Assembly: GCA_038523235.1 (NCBI GenBank)
Contig: JBCBJQ010000057.1
Location: 1 to 37,172 of the forward strand
From: Cyanobacteria bacterium J06626_4
Lineage (GTDB): Bacteria; Cyanobacteriota; Cyanobacteriia; Phormidesmidales; Phormidesmidaceae
Length of the DNA: 37,172 bases
Reading direction: 5' to 3'
Of the stretch, positions 28,250-36,317 are shown in pieces. Position 1 is the stretch's first letter; each line of letters opens with the position of its first letter. A program made the translations under genes and the position numbers. The notes beneath the pieces are model-generated. The model was given only the letters and a program-made list of their open reading frames with translations. It was not told the origin of the DNA and did no database searches.

Positions 28250-29182
28250 CTAGGCGACACTGTCGGCGACTTCAGGGCTCTCTAGGCTCAATACCCACTC
28301 GGTCAGCAGCTGATTGACCTGCTGAGGCACTTCATCATGGGGACAATGTCCAGCTTGCAAAAAATGCTCCTTGAGGGGGGCGTAATGCTCGCGGAACTGC
28401 TGGCTGCGCTGGCGAGTATTCATCCAAGGATCGCCCTCGCCCCAAAGAATCAACAGCGGCGCGGTCATGCGGCTGAGCAAGACATCCACCGTTTCCCCTT
28501 GCGGTGACTTGAAGACAGCTGCGAAGACTTTGACCGCACCCAGATCATTGGCCGGGCGACGGATATCTTCGACCAATTGGTCTGTAATCACCGTGTGATC
28601 GAGATAGACCTGCTTCAACGTCTTGCGAATGTTGCGGCGCTGCCGCACGTACTGAAACAGCAGCCAGCTGGGCAGGGGCTGCAGCAATACTGTCTGCACG
28701 GTTTGTCGAATTGCCTGCTGTAAAGGGTTCGGTTTTGGAGCCGGCGTACTCGATTGAAACGGGCCAGCACTGTTTAACAACACTACGCCCGCCACTGATT
28801 CAGAATGGTCAGCGGCCACACACAAACTCGCATATCCTCCTAGCGAGTTGCCGGCGATCACGGCTGGTCGCCCAATCACATCACGGATGAACTCATGCAG
28901 TTGATCACGCCAGAGCCGACCGCTGTATGCCTGGTCGGGCTTGGCCGATCGCCCAAATCCCAACAGGTCAATCGCCCACACCTCAAATTCCTCTTTGAGC
29001 TCATGAATGTTTTTGCGCCAGTGATCGGTAGACGCCCCAAACCCATGCACCAGCAGCAGCGGCGGTCGATCGCGGTGAGCCGTGCCCGCTTTGACATAGT
29101 AGATATCGTGACCTTGCCACTGCCAGGTATTACCCGGTAGAGCAGGAACGTCATGGATGTTAGAGGCGATCGCGACCGTCAT
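28250..29182 (-). CDS. Alpha/beta hydrolase (pheophytinase-like clade)
   Basis: VHGFGAS..HWR, DLLGFGRS.KP, GNSLGG, WGEGDPW and AGHCPHDE triad motifs. Confidence 0.93.
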   Translation of the reverse strand: MTVAIASNIHDVPALPGNTWQWQGHDIYYVKAGTAHRDRPPLLLVHGFGASTDHWRKNIHELKEEFEVWAIDLLGFGRSAKPDQAYSGRLWRDQLHEFIRDVIGRPAVIAGNSLGGYASLCVAADHSESVAGVVLLNSAGPFQSSTPAPKPNPLQQAIRQTVQTVLLQPLPSWLLFQYVRQRRNIRKTLKQVYLDHTVITDQLVEDIRRPANDLGAVKVFAAVFKSPQGETVDVLLSRMTAPLLILWGEGDPWMNTRQRSQQFREHYAPLKEHFLQAGHCPHDEVPQQVNQLLTEWVLSLESPEVADSVA

Positions 29183-29193
29183 ACAGGCAACAA

Positions 29194-29220
29194 GATGTAA
29201 CAGTGTGTAAATTCACTGTA
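29194..29220 (-). promoter_or_regulatory. Putative -10 box (TACAGT) and HLR1/RpaB-like direct repeat
   Basis: The minus strand reads TACAGT-GAA-TTTACACA-CT-GTTACATC, about 12 nt before the ATG. It matches the (G/T)TTACA cores and 10-bp spacing of HLR1. Confidence 0.5.
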
Positions 29221-29531
29221 GCGAATTTCGGCGGCGGCGAAGCGATCGGCCTGAGCGCCAGGGAGTGCTCAAACCTGTGACCGCCGGTCCCCAGCCCAAA
29301 AACTTCGGCAATCCGCCGGCCTGTCATCCTTGAGGCGATAGATGTCTCGCTGAAGCCGGGTTATGAGCCAACAGTTGAGGTGGGTGCGGTCAGGCTGATT
29401 CGGCAAGTTTTTGGCAGTGAATTGATTACCCCCCCTAGAGAAAGCGCCCTTAGCAGTCTATTCTCACAAGCAGATGACAACTGTGTCCTTTCGCGACACA
29501 GTGCTAGATAACGTTTTGATCCCCCGAGGCT

Positions 29532-30962
29532 ATGGCTACGCTTTCCCGCTCAAAAAAACGTCGTCCGATTGTCAAAACTACCGCGCTTTGGTTTGAGCGC
29601 ATTGTGGCGATCGTGGCATTAATCAACCTGACCCTGGTGTTGTTTGACACCAGCTACATCCGATTTCGCGATATCTACCTACGGTTTTTGCCCGAGTTCA
29701 CCACCTGGTATGGCGAAGTATTTAAGGGCATCGAGCCAGAGCGGGCCACGGTCAATTATCTTGAAACCGTCGAAAAACTCGAAGAGCAAGTGGCGCAAAC
29801 GGGGCTGCAATCCATTCAAGCGGCGACCTTGCTGTCTGACCTGCAGCAACAAAGCATCAGCATGGTTGACGAAAACCCCTTCGAAATTGCCAACAAGTCA
29901 GGCACTTTAGAGCGCATCAAGAACGATATTCGCGATCGCATCGGTGTCGATTCTTCTAAACAGGCGTTCACCACCTTTTGGAGCGAAGACTACCTCACCC
30001 AAGCTGGCTGGACTCAAGAAATCGGCTTTTTTAACGAAGATATTGAACCGCTACTGGCAACCAACTACTTTCGGCGCATCGGTGAAGATGGCGGCCCGCG
30101 CAACGACTTTTGGAAACTTGATGGCTGGTTTGTCTTACTTTTTGCCGCTGAGCTGCTCGCGCGCACGTTCTACATCAGCCGTCGCTACCAAAACTACACC
30201 TGGCTAGATGCCTTACTGCTGCGGTGGTATGACCTGTTCTTTTTCTTACCTTTTTGGCGCTGGTTGCGGGTGATCCCCGTGACGATTCGGCTCAACCAGT
30301 CGCAGCTCGTGAACTTGATCCCACTACGCAATCGGGTCAACCGTATCTTTATTTCTAACTTTGCGGTGGAACTCACCGAGATTGTGGTGCTGCGCGTCGT
30401 TGACCAAATTCAAAATCTCGTGCGGGATGGCGACGTCGCTGATTGGATGTTAGCACTTGGTTCTAAACGCCAATATGTCGATATTAATGGTGTGAATGAA
30501 GTGGAAGCGATCGCCAGCAAACTGACCACCATCACCATGTATCAGGTCTTGCCCGTCGTCAAACCTGAACTCGACGCCCTGCTTAAGCACAGTGTTGTCA
30601 GCGCCCTTGAGCAGGCTCCCGGCTATCAGGGGTTTCGGCAGCTGCCTGGCATTGGCGACCTGCCAGATCAAATCGCTCAGCAAGTGGTCAATCAAACGTC
30701 GCAAACCCTCTATCAGGCAATGACCGGAGCCTTGGAAGATGAAAAGGGGAGTGCGCTCACCCAAAATCTCATCACCAAAATCGGTGAGGCTCTCCGCACC
30801 GAAGTCCAGCAAAACAAAACGGTGGACGAACTCGAACAGTGGACCGTCGCCCTGTTAGAAGAAATCAAGATCAATTACGTCAAACAGCTCTCTGTGGAAG
30901 ACGTAGATCGCCTCAGAGAGGGCAATTACAAACTTTATAATATGACTCAAGTCCGCCAGTAG
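29532..30962 (+). CDS. Conserved cyanobacterial membrane protein with voltage-sensor-like (S1-S4) segments and a helical C-terminal region
   Basis: 476-aa ORF with TM segments carrying F..E...R, WYD and RWLR....RL patterns; no pore signature. Confidence 0.8.
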   Translation: MATLSRSKKRRPIVKTTALWFERIVAIVALINLTLVLFDTSYIRFRDIYLRFLPEFTTWYGEVFKGIEPERATVNYLETVEKLEEQVAQTGLQSIQAATLLSDLQQQSISMVDENPFEIANKSGTLERIKNDIRDRIGVDSSKQAFTTFWSEDYLTQAGWTQEIGFFNEDIEPLLATNYFRRIGEDGGPRNDFWKLDGWFVLLFAAELLARTFYISRRYQNYTWLDALLLRWYDLFFFLPFWRWLRVIPVTIRLNQSQLVNLIPLRNRVNRIFISNFAVELTEIVVLRVVDQIQNLVRDGDVADWMLALGSKRQYVDINGVNEVEAIASKLTTITMYQVLPVVKPELDALLKHSVVSALEQAPGYQGFRQLPGIGDLPDQIAQQVVNQTSQTLYQAMTGALEDEKGSALTQNLITKIGEALRTEVQQNKTVDELEQWTVALLEEIKINYVKQLSVEDVDRLREGNYKLYNMTQVRQ

Positions 30963-31003
30963 GTTTCATCCCAGCAAACCATTGCACAAACGCAGTTTAG
31001 AAC

Positions 31004-32184
31004 GAGTGCATCCCAGTTATGCAATGAGTCATAATGCTTCCCCTCGGATGTGGCATGAGGGGTAAGCTTTGATGAGTTCACCCCTCACTGGTCGCTCCCA
31101 TGGATGCCTCTAAGGAAGCCCGTCTCAAAGCTCTCACTGAGGAGATCGCAGAGTTGCTGTATGAGGAGACTGACCCAGAAGCGGTCAAAACGCTGGCAGG
31201 GATCGAAAAAGCCGTCCGCGGTCATCTGCTGGAGCATGTGGGGCCAGAAATCGGTAATTTTTTATCCGTACGAGCAGCGACACCACGAGTGGACGGCATC
31301 GAGAAATCGCCAGCATCATCGGAGTGGTGAGCATCAGTGAACGTCAAGGTGAACGTCTGGGGCTCAAAGCCCGTAGCCAGTGGAGTCCGTATCTAGAGAC
31401 GTGTTGTCTGTTGGTGAGTGCCAACGAATCCTACCAGCGTGCCGCTGAGGATATCGCCGTACTGACGGGCATCACGGTGTCGAGCAGCACGCAACAACGT
31501 CTGGTACATCGGCAAGCGTTTGCGCCCCCTGAGGTCGATTGTGGGGTGAAGGAGATGAGCCTCGACGGCGGCAAGGTCCGCTTGCGGACGCCTTTGGGCG
31601 AGCCCAGTGAATGGCGCGATTATAAAGCTGTCAACCTGCACCAATGCGGTGTCAATGCTTACTTTCGAGAGAATGAGCGCCTAGTCGACTGGGTCAACCA
31701 GCAACCGCTCGCCTCGCCGTTAGTCTGTCTGGGCGATGGCCATGATGGCATTTGGAAGCTGTTTGCCCAACTCGACGGGGCGATACAGCGCCTTGAGATC
31801 TTAGACTGGTACCATCTTGTCGAAAACCTGGGTAAAGTGGGCGGCTCGCAGCTGCGACTCAATGCCGTAGAAGCCAGACTGTGGAACGGTGATGTCGAGG
31901 GTGCCGTCGCCTTATTCGATGACTGGCACCATGAGCACGTGGAGCGATTCATCGCTTATCTGGCTAAACACCGGCACCGCATCGTCAACTACAGCTATTA
32001 CCAGGCTGAGGGCATTTCGATCAGCTCGGGTGAGATTGAGTCAACCGTCAAGCAGATTGGACGACGGATAAAAATCTCAGGGGCTCAGTGGCATGAGGAT
32101 AATGTGCCACAGGTGCTGTGGCAGCGCTGTGCTTATCTCAATGGCAAATTCTCGTCGTGAGTCTTGCAAGACTGGGTTGCACTC
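31004..32184 (+). mobile_element. ISKra4-family insertion sequence (1181 bp)
   Basis: IRL GAGTGCATCCCAGTTATGCAA (31004-31024) and IRR TTGCAAGACTGGGTTGCACTC (32164-32184) match 18/21. They enclose a DDE transposase. I saw no HIP1 site inside. Confidence 0.9.
31100..32160 (+). CDS. ISKra4-family DDE transposase, expressed by a -1 frameshift (about 353 aa)
   Basis: ORF1 (…TLAGIEKAVR..LLEHVGPEIGNF) joins the -1 frame (FIRTSSDTTSGRHREIASIIGVVSIS…) at T-TTT-TTA (31258-31264). Motifs LDGGKVR, LGDGHDGIW, LDWYHL.ENL and SG.IES.VK. Confidence 0.9.
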
Positions 32185-32273
32185 AATATTAGCGAGCCCA
32201 GGTCACAGTCTCACCACCACAAACAAGAGCAAACGATTTGGCAGCGACGCTTTTGAGAATATCCGATTTCCAC

Positions 32274-33062
32274 CTACGTTTCTGACAGCAACCTCACCAT
32301 TGTTTTGCCATCCAGCTCCTGTACTTCAAACATCACCGGAAATTTCTTGTAATAGCTGGCCCAGCGGTTGACGTTGTAGGCCGCTTTGACGATTTTGCGT
32401 TGGCTGAGGTAAGCCCCAATCGATTTGACATCTGCCCAGCCAGTAGACTGCCGATTTTGCTTAATCGCCTCCACAAAGACTTTGGTGGGCACTGTTTCAG
32501 CTTCAGTCAGAGATGACGAATCGACCATCGTCAGAGCAACGGTGTTGGCAGAGCCAAGACTCGATACGGCAGCCCCCTGTTTGTTGTGACCGGTATTGAA
32601 ATGTCCATAGGTGGGCGTTTTGCCCGCGTCATTATCCAGCGAGACAAACTCCGTGCAGGCTTCTTGAAAGGCGATCGCCGCAGTCTTGATCTGACCAAAG
32701 CCAAACACTTGCGCCCCCGAGGCGATCAGTCTCACCACCAAGGGCGTATAGTCACTGTCACCTGCCACAATGCCAAAAATCTCTGGTCGCATGGTTTGCA
32801 GCAAATCCATTGCGTCGATCGCCAGGGCGATATCGGTGGCGTTTTTACCCGTTACATAGTCAAACTGTTGAATCGGTACGATCGCGTGCTTATGCAGAAT
32901 TTTGGCCCACCCTTGCAGATGGTCTTTTTTCCAATTACCGTAAGCACGGCGAACCCGAATCGTGCCGAGAAGCCCCAGCCGACTAAACACCAAGTCAATC
33001 TTGGAAGCCGGAGCGTTGTCAGCGTCAATCAGCAGGGCAATTCGAGGCGTTCGAGAGTCCAT
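32274..33062 (-). CDS. NYN-domain (PIN-like) ribonuclease with a C-terminal OST-HTH/LOTUS-like domain
   Basis: LLIDADN, RAYGNW, GKNATDIAL.IDAMD and GDSDY.PL motifs; C-terminal GWADVKSIGAYL. Start set at ATG 33062. Confidence 0.9.
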   Translation of the reverse strand: MDSRTPRIALLIDADNAPASKIDLVFSRLGLLGTIRVRRAYGNWKKDHLQGWAKILHKHAIVPIQQFDYVTGKNATDIALAIDAMDLLQTMRPEIFGIVAGDSDYTPLVVRLIASGAQVFGFGQIKTAAIAFQEACTEFVSLDNDAGKTPTYGHFNTGHNKQGAAVSSLGSANTVALTMVDSSSLTEAETVPTKVFVEAIKQNRQSTGWADVKSIGAYLSQRKIVKAAYNVNRWASYYKKFPVMFEVQELDGKTMVRLLSET

Positions 33063-33226
33063 CGCAGGCGATCGCACAAATGGCTCTCTTAATTTACCGA
33101 GTGACTCTAGTTATGGGGTGTTAAAAGATGTTGTCTAATCCCCTCAAACTCTCAGAAACTGGCCCACTGACGAGATGGCTCAGCAACTGACCCGCGTAGA
33201 GTAATGGATAAAAAGCCTTTAAAAGG

Positions 33227-33254
33227 AAAAAAGGAGAGCTGAATTCAGCTCTCC
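33227..33254 (-). terminator. Rho-independent terminator downstream of gatB
   Basis: Perfect 22-bp palindrome GGAGAGCTGAATTCAGCTCTCC (33233-33254) with a U run on the minus strand. Confidence 0.85.
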
Positions 33255-33337
33255 CTACCATCAGGGTGCATCTACATAACATAGTATTGCACACTGACCA
33301 TGAGGGGTGAAACCCCCACCCCTGATCTTTACACTTC

Positions 33338-34825
33338 TTAACTATTTAGCTTCTTGATTAAGATTTGGTTGGTGAGCTTCGGATCCACCCGCCCACTGGT
33401 TCGCTTCATGACCTGACCGACAAAAAAGCCCTGGAGCTTTTTCTTGCCAGCGCGATACTTTTCTAGCTCGTCAGGATGGGCGGCCAACACCTCATCAATG
33501 ATGGCCCCAATCTTTTCCGGGTCAGAGATTTGGCTGAGTCCGCGCTCCTCGACGATCGCCTGGGGCGAGCCCCCCTGAGTCAGCAGATCAGGCAGAATAT
33601 CCTTCGCGATCTTGGTGCTAATGGTATTGTCGGCAATCAGCTTCACCATTTCCGCCAGCATTTCTGGCTTGAGGGCAATCTCAGTGATGGAGAGCTTTTC
33701 TGCATTAAGGTAGGCAGCAATGTCTTGGGTGATCCAGTTCGCCGCCAGTTTCGGGTCAGCCCCCAGTTGCACTGCTGTCTCGAAGTATTCTGCCACTTGG
33801 CGCTCATCCGTCAAGACGCGTGTGTCATAGGGCGATAGGCCCAGCGTTTCCTCATAGCGAGTACGTTTGTGAGCCGGTAGCTCCGGTAGTTCTTGCTGCC
33901 AGGTTGTGAGCTGCTGGGGCGCGACTTCGATCGGGGGCAAATCCGGTTCAGGAAAGTACCGATAGTCGCTGGAACCTTCCTTGAGGCGCATGCTGATAGT
34001 GCACTGACTGCCTTCTTCCCACAGGCGGGTCTCTTGATAGATCGGTTCACCCGCTTCGACCGCTGCAATTTGGCGATCGATTTCATATTCGATCGCTTTT
34101 TGAATGGCGCTGAAGGAGTTCATATTCTTGATCTCAACCTTCGTGCCAAACTTTTCGGCCCCGACCCGCCGCACCGAAATATTGACGTCGCAGCGCAGTG
34201 AGCCTTCCTGCATGTTGCCGTCACTGACGCCCAGATACCGCATGATGCGCCGCAGTTCCTGAGCATATTCGGCGGCTTCTTGCCCAGTGCGCAGATCTGG
34301 CTCTGACACGATTTCGACCAACGGCACCCCCGCCCGATTGAAGTCCACCAGCGAATAGGCTGAACCTGCGAGGCGATCGCTACCCGCATGCACCAACTTG
34401 CCCGCATCTTCTTCCATATGCAGGCGGGTGATGCCAATGCGCTTGCGGCTGACTTCGTTCGTTTTGCGATCGACCAGTTCAATCTCTAGCCAGCCGTGCT
34501 CGGCGATGGGCAGATCAAACTGCGAGATTTGATAGTTTTTGGGCAAGTCAGGATAAAAATACTGTTTGCGATCGAACTTGCTGTAAGGGGCAATTTGGCA
34601 ATTGAGCGCCAAGCCCGCTTTCACCGCATATTCCAACACCTTTTGATTGAGCACCGGCAGCACCCCCGGCATGCCCAACACGATGGGGTCAATGTGCGTA
34701 TTGGGGTCAGCGCCAAACGCTGTTGAGCTGGGTGAAAAAATCTTAGTCTCGGTGCTGAGCTGGCAGTGAGTTTCCAGACCGATGACAGCTTCGTACTGGG
34801 TTTTGGTCGGGGCAGCAGAGGTCAT
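33338..34825 (-). CDS. gatB: Asp-tRNA(Asn)/Glu-tRNA(Gln) amidotransferase subunit B
   Basis: IGLETH.QL, FDRK.YFYPDLPK.YQISQ, HMEEDAG, D.NRAG.PL.EIVSEPD, GSLRCDVN.S, EIKNMNS and YRYFPEPDL. Start set at ATG 34825 (MTSAAP). Confidence 0.98.
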   Translation of the reverse strand: MTSAAPTKTQYEAVIGLETHCQLSTETKIFSPSSTAFGADPNTHIDPIVLGMPGVLPVLNQKVLEYAVKAGLALNCQIAPYSKFDRKQYFYPDLPKNYQISQFDLPIAEHGWLEIELVDRKTNEVSRKRIGITRLHMEEDAGKLVHAGSDRLAGSAYSLVDFNRAGVPLVEIVSEPDLRTGQEAAEYAQELRRIMRYLGVSDGNMQEGSLRCDVNISVRRVGAEKFGTKVEIKNMNSFSAIQKAIEYEIDRQIAAVEAGEPIYQETRLWEEGSQCTISMRLKEGSSDYRYFPEPDLPPIEVAPQQLTTWQQELPELPAHKRTRYEETLGLSPYDTRVLTDERQVAEYFETAVQLGADPKLAANWITQDIAAYLNAEKLSITEIALKPEMLAEMVKLIADNTISTKIAKDILPDLLTQGGSPQAIVEERGLSQISDPEKIGAIIDEVLAAHPDELEKYRAGKKKLQGFFVGQVMKRTSGRVDPKLTNQILIKKLNS

Positions 34826-35160
34826 GACAAACCGCAATCAACAATTCATTCAGCCATTCTAACCCCCACCGGAGAAGGCGATCGCGAAATTCCGCGCGGC
34901 TGGCCAACCGTAGGCCCAATGACGGTGCCGCAGTCTTTAACCTCAGTGCTCCTCGGCAGGCGACGGTTCACAATTGCCACGACCCCGGCGATCGCGCAAC
35001 GGCAAAGGGGGCAGCAGGCCAAAGCCGCCAGACCGCATCCTGGGAAAAAGCCGACAAAGCTGCTGGCAATGTTTCTAAAGCGAGTGAGTTCCCCTGATCA
35101 CGCCGAGCCCCTTGATCTTGGGCGGATGGGTGGCCCTCGCCAGGTAGGGAAATGCTGTTC

Positions 35161-35637
35161 TTATAGATATCGCCACAGAGCAAAGCTGTAGGAATATAGC
35201 GCAATACTGCCAACGAGATAAGAAGCCATATTGGCCGTCAAGAAGGCTCGCCAGATTTGCGGTTTGGCAAACTGTGATTTCAACATGAGCTGCCCGACCG
35301 CGCCTTCGATCGCGATCGAGAGCACAAAGGCAACGACATAAAAAACACTGATTGCGAGCAAATGACGAGGCAACTGAACTTCTTGACTACTGACCCAAGG
35401 CATCCAGACGACTAACCACCAGCCGCCATTCAAGAGCAGGGAAAGGGCGATGCCGATTACCCCACTAATCACGTTGGCCGTCACCACTACCATGGCCGAC
35501 TTTCGATGCCACCAAACCCGGCTGAGACGCCGTGAGATGATGAGAATCTCCAGCACAATGATGGCCACCATAAAGGCCCATCCCGCTGGCGTAAACGCCA
35601 AGATACCAAAACTCACATTGGCCAGCATGGGAATCAT
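35161..35637 (-). CDS. Hypothetical membrane protein (about 4 TM)
   Basis: Four hydrophobic helices with a duplicated 'E...AN..S' pattern (LEILI…ANVIS; IEGAV…ANMAS). The start may be the second Met. Confidence 0.75.
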   Translation of the reverse strand: MIPMLANVSFGILAFTPAGWAFMVAIIVLEILIISRRLSRVWWHRKSAMVVVTANVISGVIGIALSLLLNGGWWLVVWMPWVSSQEVQLPRHLLAISVFYVVAFVLSIAIEGAVGQLMLKSQFAKPQIWRAFLTANMASYLVGSIALYSYSFALWRYL

Positions 35638-36317
35638 GCCAACTGCTCCACAGAACTGGGCATACCGGCGATCTCTACCATACTGCCATCACTTAGCAGC
35701 CTGAGTCAGGTGCAACACTGGCCCATCATTGCCTGGGATGCAGCTAGAGTCATGGCTGGCGTCAGCTGCTCAGAGGATGAATATCGATCACGCCTGGCTC
35801 AGTTGGGCCTAGCATTAAGCGTGAGGAAGTTCGTCAAACCGGCCACTCTTTTGGTGATTAAAATCATCGCTCAACGGTCTTCTACTAGCGGGTACTCGAT
35901 GCCGAATAACCTTTGGGAACCCAGAATAGCGAGGAACAAAACTCGGCAGAAAAGTATTTTTTACGGCTGTCTTTTGGAGCGATGTCGTGAACTACAAAGG
36001 CTAATTTTTGTTATCTGCAAGCAAAAATTACTGCTGAGATTGACTTTCTCTGGTGCAGTAACGTTGCGCTTGAGCCGCTCTATCTCTGCCACTCCCGTAG
36101 AATTCGGTGCCTGTACGGCGGGTTCCTAGCCTACCATTTTCGCCCAAAGCTGTTGGGAATGAGGGGACATTTACTTCTGTGTCACCACACACTGCAAACA
36201 ATAAGGCAAAAACACAATATTGAAGGTGTGGTAATATCTTGTTTGATTTTGTAACTTTTTCAAGCAACGAGTTGCCGAAATTCAAAACTTCAGGGATTAG
36301 AAGACGCAGGCTAACAC

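Noticed and set aside
31100..31330. ORF1 and ORF2 (31324-32160) as separate genes or a pseudogene
   Set aside because: They join cleanly at a canonical -1 slippery heptamer within intact terminal inverted repeats.
33338..34825. gatB without gatA/gatC as an anomaly
   Set aside because: Dispersed gat genes are usual in cyanobacteria.
34766..35213. ORFs 34766-35191 (+) and 34968-35213 (-) upstream of gatB
   Set aside because: No recognisable motifs, and they overlap real genes; treated as spurious.
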